DNA of 64,000 nucleotides from Ktedonobacteraceae bacterium. GTDB lineage: Bacteria > Chloroflexota > Ktedonobacteria > Ktedonobacterales > Ktedonobacteraceae. Position 1 is the stretch's first letter. Every line of letters starts with the position of its first letter. The position numbers and the translations under genes are program-made. The notes beneath the pieces are model-generated. The model had not been told where the DNA came from. It worked only from the letters and a program-made list of their open reading frames with translations, and searched no databases. The stretch is taken from assembly GCA_034437695.1 (NCBI GenBank), contig DAOTTJ010000047.1, positions 7,613 through 71,612 of the forward strand, read 5' to 3'. Of the stretch, positions 22,099-31,518 are shown piece by piece.

Positions 22099-22370
22099 AG
22101 AAGCAGGGGTGCAGGGGACAACTGTCTTTTGCACGGGTAGGTTTTTCGCTGAACGCGCTTCGCCACAACGATGCCCAGACCTCATCGTGCACGAAGGCGC
22201 AGATTGCGCCTGACAAGCGCCTTCGTGTACCTTCTGCTCTTTGGGGTGGGGCGATCTTGCTCGACAACCAGGGAAGGATAAAAAACCTACCCCTGAAAAG
22301 ACCCCTGCCGGAGCGCGAGGCGTCCTCGCAAAAACCTCTTTTCCCTCTTTTGCCCGCCGCCACAGGCGGC
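22099..22370. repeat. GC-rich, hairpin-dense intergenic repeat (copy B, long form)
   Basis: Head AGAAGCAGGGGTGCAGGGGAC (22099..22119) is identical to 59060..59080. The tail AAAAACCTCTTTTCCCTCTTTTGCCCGCCGCCACAGGCGGC (22330..22370) nearly matches 59134..59174. The internal module 22241..22300 matches 11131..11190. An internal 11-bp palindrome has arms at 22190..22200 and 22217..22227. Confidence 0.8.
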
Positions 22371-22495
22371 ATTTGAATAACCCTGCCACTCATATAGAAT
22401 AGTATCTCCTGGTGAGGAGATACTATGGTACGATAAAAGGAGAGATTTCTAAGAATATTTATGTATCACACTATAACATTTTCCCGGAGCACAGA

Positions 22496-22973
22496 ATGGA
22501 CAAAACAACCTTACTCAACACAATTCACACGGAATATGCACATTTCGAGTCACTTATCGCTCCCTTGAGTCCAACCCATCTGCGCGGAACCCATCGCAGG
22601 CGCATGGTCCATCAAAGATATTATGGCTCATATGGCCCGCTGGCTCAATGAAGCTACTCAGGGCATCACTCCGCAGCCTCTTGAAAGAATGAGCGATACA
22701 ACAAATGAGGAGATTTATCGCGAGAACCACGGCCTCTCGCCGACAGAGGTCTAGACACTCTTCTATTCCACTCATCAACAGTTTCTGCAACAGATCGAGC
22801 TGCTTACTCAAACGTATTCAGAGGAAGATGTAAATGCCTCACATCGTTTTGCCTGGCCCGGTGCCTCGCTCTTCGCGGTCGTTGCAGACAACTCCTACGA
22901 ACATTATTACGATCACGCCCAGCATGTTCGCCAGGTTCTCGATGCGCTTAACAGCGTCAAAGAAGACGTTTGA
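22496..22973 (+). pseudogene. DinB/ClbS(DfsB)-like four-helix-bundle protein with a frameshift and an in-frame stop
   Basis: MDKTTLLNTIHTEYAHFESLIAPLSPT. A shifted frame gives AGAWSIKDIMAHMARWLNEA...NHGLSPTEV, then a stop. NASHRFAWPGASLFAVVADNSYEHYYDHAQHVRQVLDALN follows, ending at 22973. Confidence 0.65.
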
Positions 22974-23146
22974 GCGATCCCGTTTTGGAGACCCAAAACG
23001 CTGGACTTTTGAACAAAAGTTCGTTATAATAAAGGGGAAGAGTTTCCCCAATCTTACCATCACCTGCTTAGACTGGCCAGGTGTATCCCTTACTATTTCT
23101 TTTTTGACAGTTGTCATCAGGTAATTGTTCCAGGGAGGACCAGGCT

Positions 23147-23854
23147 ATGCCCGTTCTTGACTCCGAGCGTCAGATCGCTCCTCGCAGCGCTTTGCGCTAC
23201 CGACCACTTCACACCGATCAGGCGCAACCAGGTTCGATTGGTGCGCGTAAACGGCGCTCGCAGCCGGATGCACGCATAACCACGGCCCCGGCCAGAGCGG
23301 ACGATCTGGATACCGAGGACTGTCCACCGGCTCCACGCCCACTGCCCGCTCTACGGCGCAAATCCACCACAACTTCACCTCAAACCAGAACCCACCTCCA
23401 TCCACTCTTCTGGCTGGGCGTCGGTGCTCTTACTCTGCTCGTGCTCTGGCTGGGCGTTTCGCAGCTCGTAAACTGGGGAAATGGCGTGCTCGACGATATC
23501 AAGTATGGCAATCCACGTACGTTCCAGATGGACGCGGTGCTCGGCCATCACGACAGTTCAGCACACCCAACTCACCTCCTGGCCCTCAACTTACACGGCG
23601 AGATTCTCGTGGAAGAGTTTCCTGGCGGCGATGTTAGTCAGGCCCGTAGCTACATCCTGACCACCCTGGCCGGCCCCGGCAGCGATCAGGTCATCGTCAC
23701 GCTGCGCCTGATCGATCCAGGCCATACCGGCAAACCCGACCTGCTCGTCCAGGTCGGACCCTCCGAAAGTCTCCTGGTCAACGACCAGGGCAGCTTTCGT
23801 CCACCCACACCCGCCGAACGCCAGCAACTCCTGCCCTTTCTTCAACAAGGCTGA
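23147..23854 (+). CDS. Hypothetical single-pass membrane protein
   Basis: GGGAGGA Shine-Dalgarno 8 nt before ATG 23147. Basic/Pro-rich N-terminal tail, TM segment LFWLGVGALTLLVLWLGVSQLV, about 120-aa extracytoplasmic domain. Confidence 0.55.
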   Translation: MPVLDSERQIAPRSALRYRPLHTDQAQPGSIGARKRRSQPDARITTAPARADDLDTEDCPPAPRPLPALRRKSTTTSPQTRTHLHPLFWLGVGALTLLVLWLGVSQLVNWGNGVLDDIKYGNPRTFQMDAVLGHHDSSAHPTHLLALNLHGEILVEEFPGGDVSQARSYILTTLAGPGSDQVIVTLRLIDPGHTGKPDLLVQVGPSESLLVNDQGSFRPPTPAERQQLLPFLQQG

Positions 23855-24019
23855 CCGCACCCTCCCTGGAAGCGCCACCGTGGTTCTCGATGGCGCTTCC
23901 AGCAGCGATCTACCCAGAATCAAACTCATGCTGTGGAACAGGTGGTTGTGTATTAGTCACTCTCAGCAGCATGAGTTGCCTCGGTTCAACGGTGGCCCGC
24001 CTGGACATCACTGAATTCT

Positions 24020-25021
24020 TTACAACACGTCCGTGCTATGCGTGGCGGGTTGACCGATGAGTTCGAGCGAGACCGTCCATAGTTTCTGCACGATATCTGG
24101 GTCAATCGCCCACTGCTTGACGCCGTCGCTATTTTTGAACAAGTCGGCGTCATTGGACACGGTGTGGGCCTCCTGGCCGTCAGTAAGATAGTGTCCACCA
24201 GTGTGGGCAAATTCGGGGGCAACGGCCGCGACGAGGGTTGCGGCGGCACCTTGCTCGATCGTCTTATAGACGAAGACTCCCGCAGCTTCAGCGTCGGCTA
24301 AGTAATCTTTTTGTTTCTGTGTGAAGTCTCTTTGCAGCCCGGTGGCGACGCCGCCAGGGTTAACAGCGTTAGCGACGATGCCGTCGGCAGCCCAGCGATG
24401 CGTGGCTTCGACTGCGCATAACGAATCGGCGGTCTTGGACTGTGCGTAGGCCGCCTGCGGGTCGTACTCGCACCGTTCGAAATGAATGTCGTCGAAGACA
24501 ATCGGTGATCTCATATGCCCCGTGGAACTGACCGAGACGATGCGTGCCTCACCCCGTTCGCGAGCACCAATGGCAAGGGCGTCATGCAATCCGAGGCTCA
24601 GGGCGAAGTGGCCAAGATAATTGGTGGCGAATTGCAGTTCCCAGCCTTCCGCGGTTCGCGACAGCGTGCTCGGAATGACTCCTGCATTGTTGATCAATAG
24701 ATGCAGCGGACCCTTCCAGCTTTGAGCAAAGTTGGCTACCGAGGCTTGATTGGCGAGGTCCAGGGCGGCTACACGTATATGCTCATTGCCGGTCGACTTC
24801 GCAATATCCTCGGCAGCCCTCGCACCAGCGTCGGTATTACGCACCGCGAGAATGACTTCCGCGCCAGCACTGGCAAGTGCGCGGGCAGTCTCAAGGCCGA
24901 TGCCGGACGAAGCCCCGGTGATGATAGCACGAACACCAGAGAGGTCAAGACCAGCCACAACATCTTCAGCGGTGCTTGTAGCGTCGAATTGGGTCGTGAT
25001 GAGTGAATTAGGTGCTGTCAT
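24020..25021 (-). CDS. SDR-family oxidoreductase (retinol-dehydrogenase/WWOX-like)
   Basis: AIITGASSGIGLETARALASAGAEVILAVRN, LINNAGV, and the Y..xxxK region AYAQSKTA. Confidence 0.85.
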   Translation of the reverse strand: MTAPNSLITTQFDATSTAEDVVAGLDLSGVRAIITGASSGIGLETARALASAGAEVILAVRNTDAGARAAEDIAKSTGNEHIRVAALDLANQASVANFAQSWKGPLHLLINNAGVIPSTLSRTAEGWELQFATNYLGHFALSLGLHDALAIGARERGEARIVSVSSTGHMRSPIVFDDIHFERCEYDPQAAYAQSKTADSLCAVEATHRWAADGIVANAVNPGGVATGLQRDFTQKQKDYLADAEAAGVFVYKTIEQGAAATLVAAVAPEFAHTGGHYLTDGQEAHTVSNDADLFKNSDGVKQWAIDPDIVQKLWTVSLELIGQPATHSTDVL

Positions 25022-25191
25022 GAAAACCTCCTGAAGGAAACAGACACGTTTATGGTTGTAGCATACTTGCTGCTTACACGTCGATAAAACCGCCTGAGAT
25101 GAGAAAAGAAGCCCTTCTTTTCAGGCTGAGCGGGAAAGAAACAAGCCAGAACTATCTCGGATCTTTTGATGCTCTTCCTACTCCGATGACG

Positions 25192-25755
25192 TTAGGTAGT
25201 GAGGAGCAAGCGGACCGCTTCTGTGACGGTATGGCGCTGCGCACTGATCTCGTTCGCGCTCAGTTCCGCGCTGGCGGGGGTCGCCAACATCCACATGGTG
25301 CTGATGGCGGTAATCAGGAGGAGCAGCTCGGATGGCTGCCAGCGATCCGGGACGCGACCTTCACGCTGAGCCTGTTCTATTACGGCAAGCTTGCTCTGGT
25401 TCGCGGCATCGACCGTGTGCAGGCGCATCCCCGCCCCAGCCCGCTCAAGCAGGTCCCAGACCGACAGGCGCACTATCTCCGGGCGTACCTGGTACTGGTC
25501 GAAAAGACGACCTGCATAGTCAGCCAGGTCCGAGGCGTCAATAGGAACGTCCTGCACAAAGGCAACGACGAGGGCGTCAAACACCCGCGCAAAAAGTTGG
25601 TCTTTATTGCCAAAGTAGTCGTAGATCAACGCCTTGCTACACCCCGCCAGTTCGGCAATCCGGTCAACCCGCGCTCCCGCGATCCCACGCTGAGCAAATT
25701 CGTTTGTCGCGGCCTCAAGCAACCGCTTCTTTGTTTCTTGTATATCTCTTCCCAT
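25192..25755 (-). CDS. TetR-family transcriptional regulator
   Basis: KKRLLEAATNEFAQRGIAGARVDRIAELAGCSKALIYDYFGNKDQLF. Divergent from the SDR gene at 25974. Confidence 0.85.
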   Translation of the reverse strand: MGRDIQETKKRLLEAATNEFAQRGIAGARVDRIAELAGCSKALIYDYFGNKDQLFARVFDALVVAFVQDVPIDASDLADYAGRLFDQYQVRPEIVRLSVWDLLERAGAGMRLHTVDAANQSKLAVIEQAQREGRVPDRWQPSELLLLITAISTMWMLATPASAELSANEISAQRHTVTEAVRLLLTT

Positions 25756-25973
25756 TTCTCTATTATAATTTACTAACCAGTCGGTTGACAAGCGTGCGTA
25801 TCGCTGCTACAATCAAAACAGTATATTACCAACTGGTCGGTAATATACAACGCTGTACGGAAAGATTCAGAAGGGATGTGCGCCTGCAAAGGGATGTACA
25901 CGTGACTGCTGTGGACTGACGGGCCGCAGGCGTTGATTGCCCGTGCTTGAGAGAGAGTGAAAGGATTAGATCT

Positions 25974-26960
25974 ATGGCCACCAAGAAGGATATCGTGGTT
26001 CCCGATCAGACGGGGACGTTGGCGATTGTCACTGGCGCGAACAGTGGGATTGGTCTGGGTGTTAGTCAGCGTCTGGTTGCGGCTGGCGCAGAAGTCATTC
26101 TGGCTGTGCGCACGCCGGAGAAGGGTCTGAAGGTTGCTCAGGACTTGCGCGAGACCTATCCGGCCGCCAGGGTAGCAGTGGAACAGCTTGATCTCGCCGA
26201 CCTGGCCTCGGTCCAGGCCTTCGCCGAGCGGATGCTCGCTGCTGGTCGACCGATCCAGACGTTGATTAACAATGCAGGCGTTATGGCACCGCCTACGCGC
26301 CATACGACTGCCGACGGGTTTGAACTGCAATTTGGCACGAACTATCTCGGTCATTTTGCCTTGACTGGACGATTGCTGCCCCTCTTGCGCCTGGCGGGTT
26401 CGGCGCGGGTGGTGTCGCTGAGTAGCCTGGTCAATCGCATCGGGCGTATCGACTTTACCGATCTTCAGTGCGAGCACCGCTACAGTCCGCAGTCCTCCTA
26501 TGGGCAGTCCAAGCTGGCGACGCTGCTCTTTGCTCTGGAGTTGAACCGGCGCAGTCTGCTCTATGGTTGGGGGATTCGCAGCAACGCGGCGCATCCTGGC
26601 GCGACCCATACCAATCTCCAGAGCGCGGGGCCGACGCTTGGCAGCAAGGCTCCGACGCTGTTCAGTCAGAGCATGCGTCTCACTATGTTGATCCCTGGTT
26701 TGTGGCAGGAGATTCCCCAGGGTGCGCTGCCTACATTGTACGCAGCGACAAGTCCGCAGGCTAGCGGGGCGGCGTACTATGGTCCTGATGGCTTTGGAGA
26801 AACCGCTGGTCTGCCTGCGCCTGCACGGCTTCCGCGGCGAGCTTTGAACCAGGAAACAGCCGAGAAGCTCTGGCAGATCTCCGAGCAACTTAGCGGGGTT
26901 GGCTTCCCTGGAACCTCGTCCCTTGATGAGGTATCGAACTCTTCTGCTGGTCATGTATAG
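25974..26960 (+). CDS. SDR-family oxidoreductase
   Basis: AIVTGANSGIGLGVSQRLVAAGAEVILAVRTPEKG, LINNAGVM, SYGQSKLA. A paralogue of 24020..25021. Confidence 0.85.
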   Translation: MATKKDIVVPDQTGTLAIVTGANSGIGLGVSQRLVAAGAEVILAVRTPEKGLKVAQDLRETYPAARVAVEQLDLADLASVQAFAERMLAAGRPIQTLINNAGVMAPPTRHTTADGFELQFGTNYLGHFALTGRLLPLLRLAGSARVVSLSSLVNRIGRIDFTDLQCEHRYSPQSSYGQSKLATLLFALELNRRSLLYGWGIRSNAAHPGATHTNLQSAGPTLGSKAPTLFSQSMRLTMLIPGLWQEIPQGALPTLYAATSPQASGAAYYGPDGFGETAGLPAPARLPRRALNQETAEKLWQISEQLSGVGFPGTSSLDEVSNSSAGHV

Positions 26961-27009
26961 CGTATCTCCTTTCTTCGTGTGTTTCAGTCCGGGGAACTGG
27001 CACTTGTGC

Positions 27010-28119
27010 TCAGACGTGGTGTACGGGGTTGGTACGCATGAGCAGAGGGGCCTGGGAAGATGCAGTCTGCGCGTGTTGGACCAGGCGTTGGAGGCGCTCG
27101 TGGTCTGGAGCAAGCGTGCAGACTGGATCGGTGCGCGTTGCTTCTCCGGTGAGCAGGAAGGCCTGGCAGCGACAGCCACCGAAATCGACCTCGCGCATTG
27201 CGCAGCTCTGACACGGTTCGGGTAGCCAATCGCTCCCACGGAAGCGCTGGAAGGCGGCTGATTCGTGCCAGATCCAGGCCAGCGAATGGTGCCGCACATT
27301 TGCGCAAGCCAGATCGGGAATGACCGTCGCGGTCTGACACGGCAAGACTGCGCCGCCTGGATTGACGGTCAGGTAGCGTCGTCCCCAACCATGCAGACAG
27401 GGCTTGGGACGCGCTGCGTAGTAGTCGGACTGCACATAGAGGATCTCCATACGACCGCGCAGGCGCGTGATGGCTGCGCGGGCGACCCCGTTGGCGTGCT
27501 CGACCTGGCTACGCGTGGGCAGGAGTGCCGCTTTATTGTGGAACGCCCAGCCCAGGTATTGCGTGTGGGCCAGTTCGAGACGCTCTGCGCCCAGCCGCTC
27601 GGCGAGCGCGACGATCTGCTCCAGGCGATCGATATTCGCCCGATGAAGGACGACATTGAGGCTCAACGAGAGATGCGCTTCCCGCACCAGGATCGCTGCA
27701 GCCAGCTTACGCGAGTGGGCCGTCCTTCCGGCCAGGCGATCGGCCAGGGAAGCCTCGTCGGCTTGAAGACTGATCTGCACGCTATCCAGACCTGACCGTT
27801 GGAGGTGCTGGAGGCGGTCGGGGGTCAGACCCAATCCGCTGGTGATCAGGTTGGTGTAGAGTGCTTGCGCGTGGGCGCAGGCCACCAGCTCGGGCAGGTC
27901 TTTGCGCACGAGGGGTTCACCGCCCGAGAACAGGACGTGAAGGACGCCCAGCTCGCTGGCTTGCTCGATGACGCGCTGCCACTCGGCGGTTGAGAGCGCG
28001 GTCTCTTCGGCCGGGATCTGTGCTGGATTGGAACAATAGGGACAATGCAGCGGACAGGTATAGGTCAACTCCGCCAGCAGTCCGAACGGACGATAGCCGC
28101 AATCTTTGATCTCAGCCAT
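27010..28119 (-). CDS. pqqE: PQQ biosynthesis radical-SAM/SPASM protein PqqE
   Basis: LLAELTYTCPLHCPYCSNP (CxxxCxxC), FSGGEPLVRKDL, and a C-terminal Cys-rich SPASM region (CQTA..., CQSCAMREVDFGGCRCQAF). Overlaps pqqD by 8 nt. Confidence 0.9.
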   Translation of the reverse strand: MAEIKDCGYRPFGLLAELTYTCPLHCPYCSNPAQIPAEETALSTAEWQRVIEQASELGVLHVLFSGGEPLVRKDLPELVACAHAQALYTNLITSGLGLTPDRLQHLQRSGLDSVQISLQADEASLADRLAGRTAHSRKLAAAILVREAHLSLSLNVVLHRANIDRLEQIVALAERLGAERLELAHTQYLGWAFHNKAALLPTRSQVEHANGVARAAITRLRGRMEILYVQSDYYAARPKPCLHGWGRRYLTVNPGGAVLPCQTATVIPDLACANVRHHSLAWIWHESAAFQRFRGSDWLPEPCQSCAMREVDFGGCRCQAFLLTGEATRTDPVCTLAPDHERLQRLVQHAQTASSQAPLLMRTNPVHHV

Positions 28120-28456
28120 GAGGGTTGGCCTCCTTCTCTCTAGACGGATCAGTCACTGCGACCAGTTCGATCAGACTGTGCTGATAGAGCTGGTGCAGAT
28201 AGGTGCCGACATCCTGAGCGAGGCTTTCGGCGCTCGTCTGATAGCTGGATGCCAGGAGCGCGAGGATCTCGGCGAAGGTCTGAGTGCCATCGCAGAGCCG
28301 AATAATCGCAGCGCCCGTCGCATTGAGCAAGAGCACCCCTTCAGGATAGAGCAGGACGGGCTGGCCACTGACGCGGTCTGTCTGCACGCGAGCTTTGGCA
28401 AGCAGCCTGGGGCATGTCACCTGAAGACTGGTGAGAAACGTTGTGACCATCGTCAT
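28112..28456 (-). CDS. pqqD: PQQ biosynthesis peptide chaperone PqqD
   Basis: GQPVLLYPEGVLLLNATGAAIIRLCDGTQTFAEILALL...YLHQLYQHSLIE. Its position between pqqC and pqqE fits. Confidence 0.85.
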   Translation of the reverse strand: MTMVTTFLTSLQVTCPRLLAKARVQTDRVSGQPVLLYPEGVLLLNATGAAIIRLCDGTQTFAEILALLASSYQTSAESLAQDVGTYLHQLYQHSLIELVAVTDPSREKEANPHG

Positions 28457-28467
28457 CTTGCTCTACC

Positions 28468-29199
28468 TCATCCTTCCTCCTGACCTATACCATAGGCCAG
28501 GGTCATGGCATCCAACATGCTCCAGAGCACGTCGCATTTGAATGAGAGGGCATGGATTGCCGCTTCCTGCATTTCGCGCGTCTCGCAGTAGTGCAGAGTG
28601 AGCGAGAGCGCTTCGTCGGCATCGTTGCGAGCATGGATGAGACGTGCACGGAAGTAGTCCAGACCGGCTGGTGCGACCCAGGGATAGAACTGCTCGAAGG
28701 CTTGCAGGCGTTCCTGCATAAGGTCGGGCGCGAACAGTTCAGTCAGCGAAGACGCGATAGAGAGAGGCCACGGGCTAGTACGTGCAAAGTAAACATAGGC
28801 ATCAACGGCAAAACGCACGCCGGGCAGGACGTGTCTTTCGGTCAGCAGCTCTTCCTTGCTGAGGCCGGTTGCCTCGGCCAGGCGTAGCCAGCCCTCGATG
28901 CCGCCCTCGCCCTCGTTCAGGCCATCGTGGTCGCTGATGCGATGGAGCCACAGGCGGCGCACCTCGCGCACCGGACAGCTTGAGATGATTGCGGCATCCT
29001 TGATAGGGATACTCTTTTGATAGTAGTAGCGATTGGCCACCCAGCCTTTGATCTGCTGGCGGTCGAGCTGGCCGCTATGCATATACAGGTGAAACTGATG
29101 TTTATTGTGGTAGCGGTTGGCTCCCACGGCTCGCAAGCGGTTGAGAAACACATCGCGTTCCAATGGTGAGTGCTGACGGAGTATATTCATCATGCTCAT
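28468..29199 (-). CDS. pqqC: Pyrroloquinoline-quinone synthase PqqC
   Basis: RYHNKHQFHLYMHSGQLDRQQIKGWVANRYYYQKSIPIKDAAIISSC, RRLWLHRISDHDG. Confidence 0.9.
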   Translation of the reverse strand: MSMMNILRQHSPLERDVFLNRLRAVGANRYHNKHQFHLYMHSGQLDRQQIKGWVANRYYYQKSIPIKDAAIISSCPVREVRRLWLHRISDHDGLNEGEGGIEGWLRLAEATGLSKEELLTERHVLPGVRFAVDAYVYFARTSPWPLSIASSLTELFAPDLMQERLQAFEQFYPWVAPAGLDYFRARLIHARNDADEALSLTLHYCETREMQEAAIHALSFKCDVLWSMLDAMTLAYGIGQEEG

Positions 29200-29210
29200 C
29201 CTCTCTCTCC

Positions 29211-30134
29211 CTACAACCTGAACTCCATGCCATCGTAACCAATCTCAACCCCGGCAGCTTTCACTGTAGCGTGTTCAGGCGTATCTTCAATCAGGATTGG
29301 ATTGGTGTTATTGATATGTATATACACGCGGTGCTTGATGGGCAGCGCTGCCAGCAGAGGCAGGCTACCGGTGGGACCACCGATAGGCAGGTGGCCCATC
29401 GCGGTGGCGCTCTTTGTACCGGTCTGCGTCATAATCATCTCCTGTTCGTTCCAGAAGGTGCCGTCCACGAGGAGCAGATCGCATTGTGTGAGAAACTGCG
29501 CGATCGACTCTTCGGCCAGCGAGGCCAGTCCCGGCAGGTAGAGGAAGCGGCCCCCGGACTGTGCGTCAATAAAGTAGTAGCCCACGCGGTCGTCGGGTCC
29601 GGGTGTGGCCTGCGTCCCCATATAGCGCGGTGGATGCCCGCGTAGACGACACGCCGTGTAGCGCAGTCCACTGGGAGTGCCATCGGCGTAGGCGAGGCTG
29701 GTCAAAGCCATTGCTGGTGCGTACCAGTCGACCGCGCAGTAGCATGCGAGGGCGGGAAGCAGGCGCAGGCCCTCGGTGAGTGCATGGCGGACGCCGGGGG
29801 TAGCATAGATGGTCCGTCTCAGCCCCTCGCGCAGAACCAGCAGACCGAGAGTATGGTCGAGATCGGCATCGGTCAGGAAGATGGCTACGATCGGGCTATG
29901 CCGGGTCTCACCGGCTGGCGGTGACAGTGGTGGAAAAGCCTCGATCTGCTGGCGGATATCCGGCGACACATTCAGGAGAAACCAGTGCAGACCATCGGCG
30001 CTCAGTGCAACGCTCGATTGTGTTCGCGCGTGGGATTGCTTGGTTCCCTGGCGGACACCTCGACATTGGCAGCAGTTGCAATTCCACTGGGGAAAACCTC
30101 CGCCGGCAGCCGTGCCAAGCAAACGGATGTACAT
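29211..30134 (-). CDS. pqqB: PQQ biosynthesis protein PqqB (metallo-beta-lactamase fold)
   Basis: MYIRLLGTAAGGGFPQWNCNCCQCRGVRQG is the PqqB signature N-terminus. IFLTDADLDHTLGL also fits. Confidence 0.9.
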   Translation of the reverse strand: MYIRLLGTAAGGGFPQWNCNCCQCRGVRQGTKQSHARTQSSVALSADGLHWFLLNVSPDIRQQIEAFPPLSPPAGETRHSPIVAIFLTDADLDHTLGLLVLREGLRRTIYATPGVRHALTEGLRLLPALACYCAVDWYAPAMALTSLAYADGTPSGLRYTACRLRGHPPRYMGTQATPGPDDRVGYYFIDAQSGGRFLYLPGLASLAEESIAQFLTQCDLLLVDGTFWNEQEMIMTQTGTKSATAMGHLPIGGPTGSLPLLAALPIKHRVYIHINNTNPILIEDTPEHATVKAAGVEIGYDGMEFRL

Positions 30135-30211
30135 AGCTTCCTCCCGTCAGCCACGCGAGATGACTCATTCATACTCCGGGCAGCGTGTCGCTAGCAGTGT
30201 ATGCGCTAAGG

Positions 30212-30331
30212 TCAGGCTTCGTCGGTAACCTCAAGTGTAGCCGCGTAGGCCGTACATTCCAGGTTGACGCTGATAAGCTCGAAGGTTGGCGTAACCCAGG
30301 GAGCAAGGTTGATGGACTGCTGTTCTGTCAT
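30212..30331 (-). CDS. pqqA: PQQ precursor peptide PqqA (39 aa; not in the supplied ORF track)
   Basis: Base-by-base minus-strand translation: MTEQQSINLAPWVTPTFELISVNLECTAYAATLEVTDEA. It contains the W-x-T/K-P-x-F-E and E-x-x-x-Y (ECTAY) PqqA motifs. AAGAGGAA Shine-Dalgarno about 7 nt upstream. Sits 77 nt upstream of pqqB. Confidence 0.85.
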   Translation of the reverse strand: MTEQQSINLAPWVTPTFELISVNLECTAYAATLEVTDEA

Positions 30332-30718
30332 TGGGCGTTCCTCTTTCTGCTTTTTCAGGTGGTTTCTTGTAAATCACCTGCCTTGAACATTCTGCGTCCA
30401 TCCACTTTGTAGTGGATAGGCTGTCTCTATACACTATACTCAGGCCACAAAATATGCTCCGCCCACGTGGGCAAAGCGGGAACTCTTTCAGTTGTCTGGG
30501 AACGGTTTATACATAGCGGGTAGCGCTCTATAGGCTATCCTAAGAGCACACGGCAAGAAGTTTTTTCTGAGCGTGCATGCTATACTGAGGCAACAGACAT
30601 ACGCGTGATGCTCCTCCCGTGCAGGAGATATTTGAGCAGTGCTAGGAAGACGACTGCCGAGATAGATGCTCGTGTATGTATCTCAAGGCAAGCCAGAGAG
30701 ATGAGGGGAAGCAGAAGC

Positions 30719-31396
30719 ATGAGCTTTATCGCTGAGGAAAGAGCGTCGAACTCGCCCTATATAGAAACTATTACACGTGGTCGAACCGCAAGCGGCGGCT
30801 CTACTATCCGTCCCGCCGAGAGCCATTGGTACATGGTCCTTGTGAGGTATCATAGCAACGTCCAACTCCTGGTCGTTGGACCATGGGCCAGCGCTGGCGT
30901 GATCTCGTACGCTGAAGGCGCTGAGATTCTGTGGATCAAATTGAAACTTGGCACATTTATGCCTCATTTGCCTTTAAGGGGCTTTCTGAATGGAGAGACG
31001 ACCCTGCCTACGGCTGCGAGTCAATCCTTCTGGCTGGATGGGTCGGCGCGGCAATTTCCTGACTACGAAAATGCTGACACGTTTGTAGACAGGCTTGTGC
31101 GTGATGATGTGCTAGCGCTTGATCCAGTTGTGGACGCGGTGTTACAAGGTCATCCGCAAGAGATACCATCCCGCACTGTGCGGCATCGTTTCTTACGAGC
31201 AACAGGCTTGAGCGCCACTCATATTCGGCAGATACAACGCGCACACCATGCACAAGCTCTCTTACAACAAGGGGTTTCGATCCTTGACACAATTGATGAG
31301 GCTGACTATTTCGATCAGCCGCACCTGACCAAGTCGCTGAAGCAATTTATCGGATATACGCCTGCTCAAATCATCGGCTTGAGGAAGACCGAGTAG
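30719..31396 (+). CDS. AraC-family transcriptional regulator
   Basis: The C-terminal part, SRTVRHRFLRATGLSATHIRQIQRAHHAQALLQQGVSILDTIDEADYFDQPHLTKSLKQFIGYTPAQI, is an AraC HTH. Divergent from pqqA. Confidence 0.8.
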   Translation: MSFIAEERASNSPYIETITRGRTASGGSTIRPAESHWYMVLVRYHSNVQLLVVGPWASAGVISYAEGAEILWIKLKLGTFMPHLPLRGFLNGETTLPTAASQSFWLDGSARQFPDYENADTFVDRLVRDDVLALDPVVDAVLQGHPQEIPSRTVRHRFLRATGLSATHIRQIQRAHHAQALLQQGVSILDTIDEADYFDQPHLTKSLKQFIGYTPAQIIGLRKTE

Positions 31397-31518
31397 CTTG
31401 CCATTTGATACAAGACTATCTGCTTCTATTTGAGTTATCATACGCCTGTTCTCACGGCAACCCAGATCAAAGGATGATGAATGTGCCGTGAGATGAGCAC
31501 AAAGGAACAAGAATACAG

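Noticed and set aside
22099-22370. Could the GC-rich repeats (also 11131..11190, 59060..59174) be a CRISPR array?
   Set aside because: The copies are tens of kilobases apart rather than regularly spaced with unique spacers, the units are of different lengths, and no cas genes are present in the window.
25773-27299. 508-aa ORF on the minus strand, the longest unexplained ORF in the track
   Set aside because: It runs antisense through the well-supported SDR gene (25974..26960) and into pqqE. Its translation is Arg/Pro/Ser/Gln-rich low complexity with no motif, which is typical of a shadow ORF in GC-rich coding DNA.
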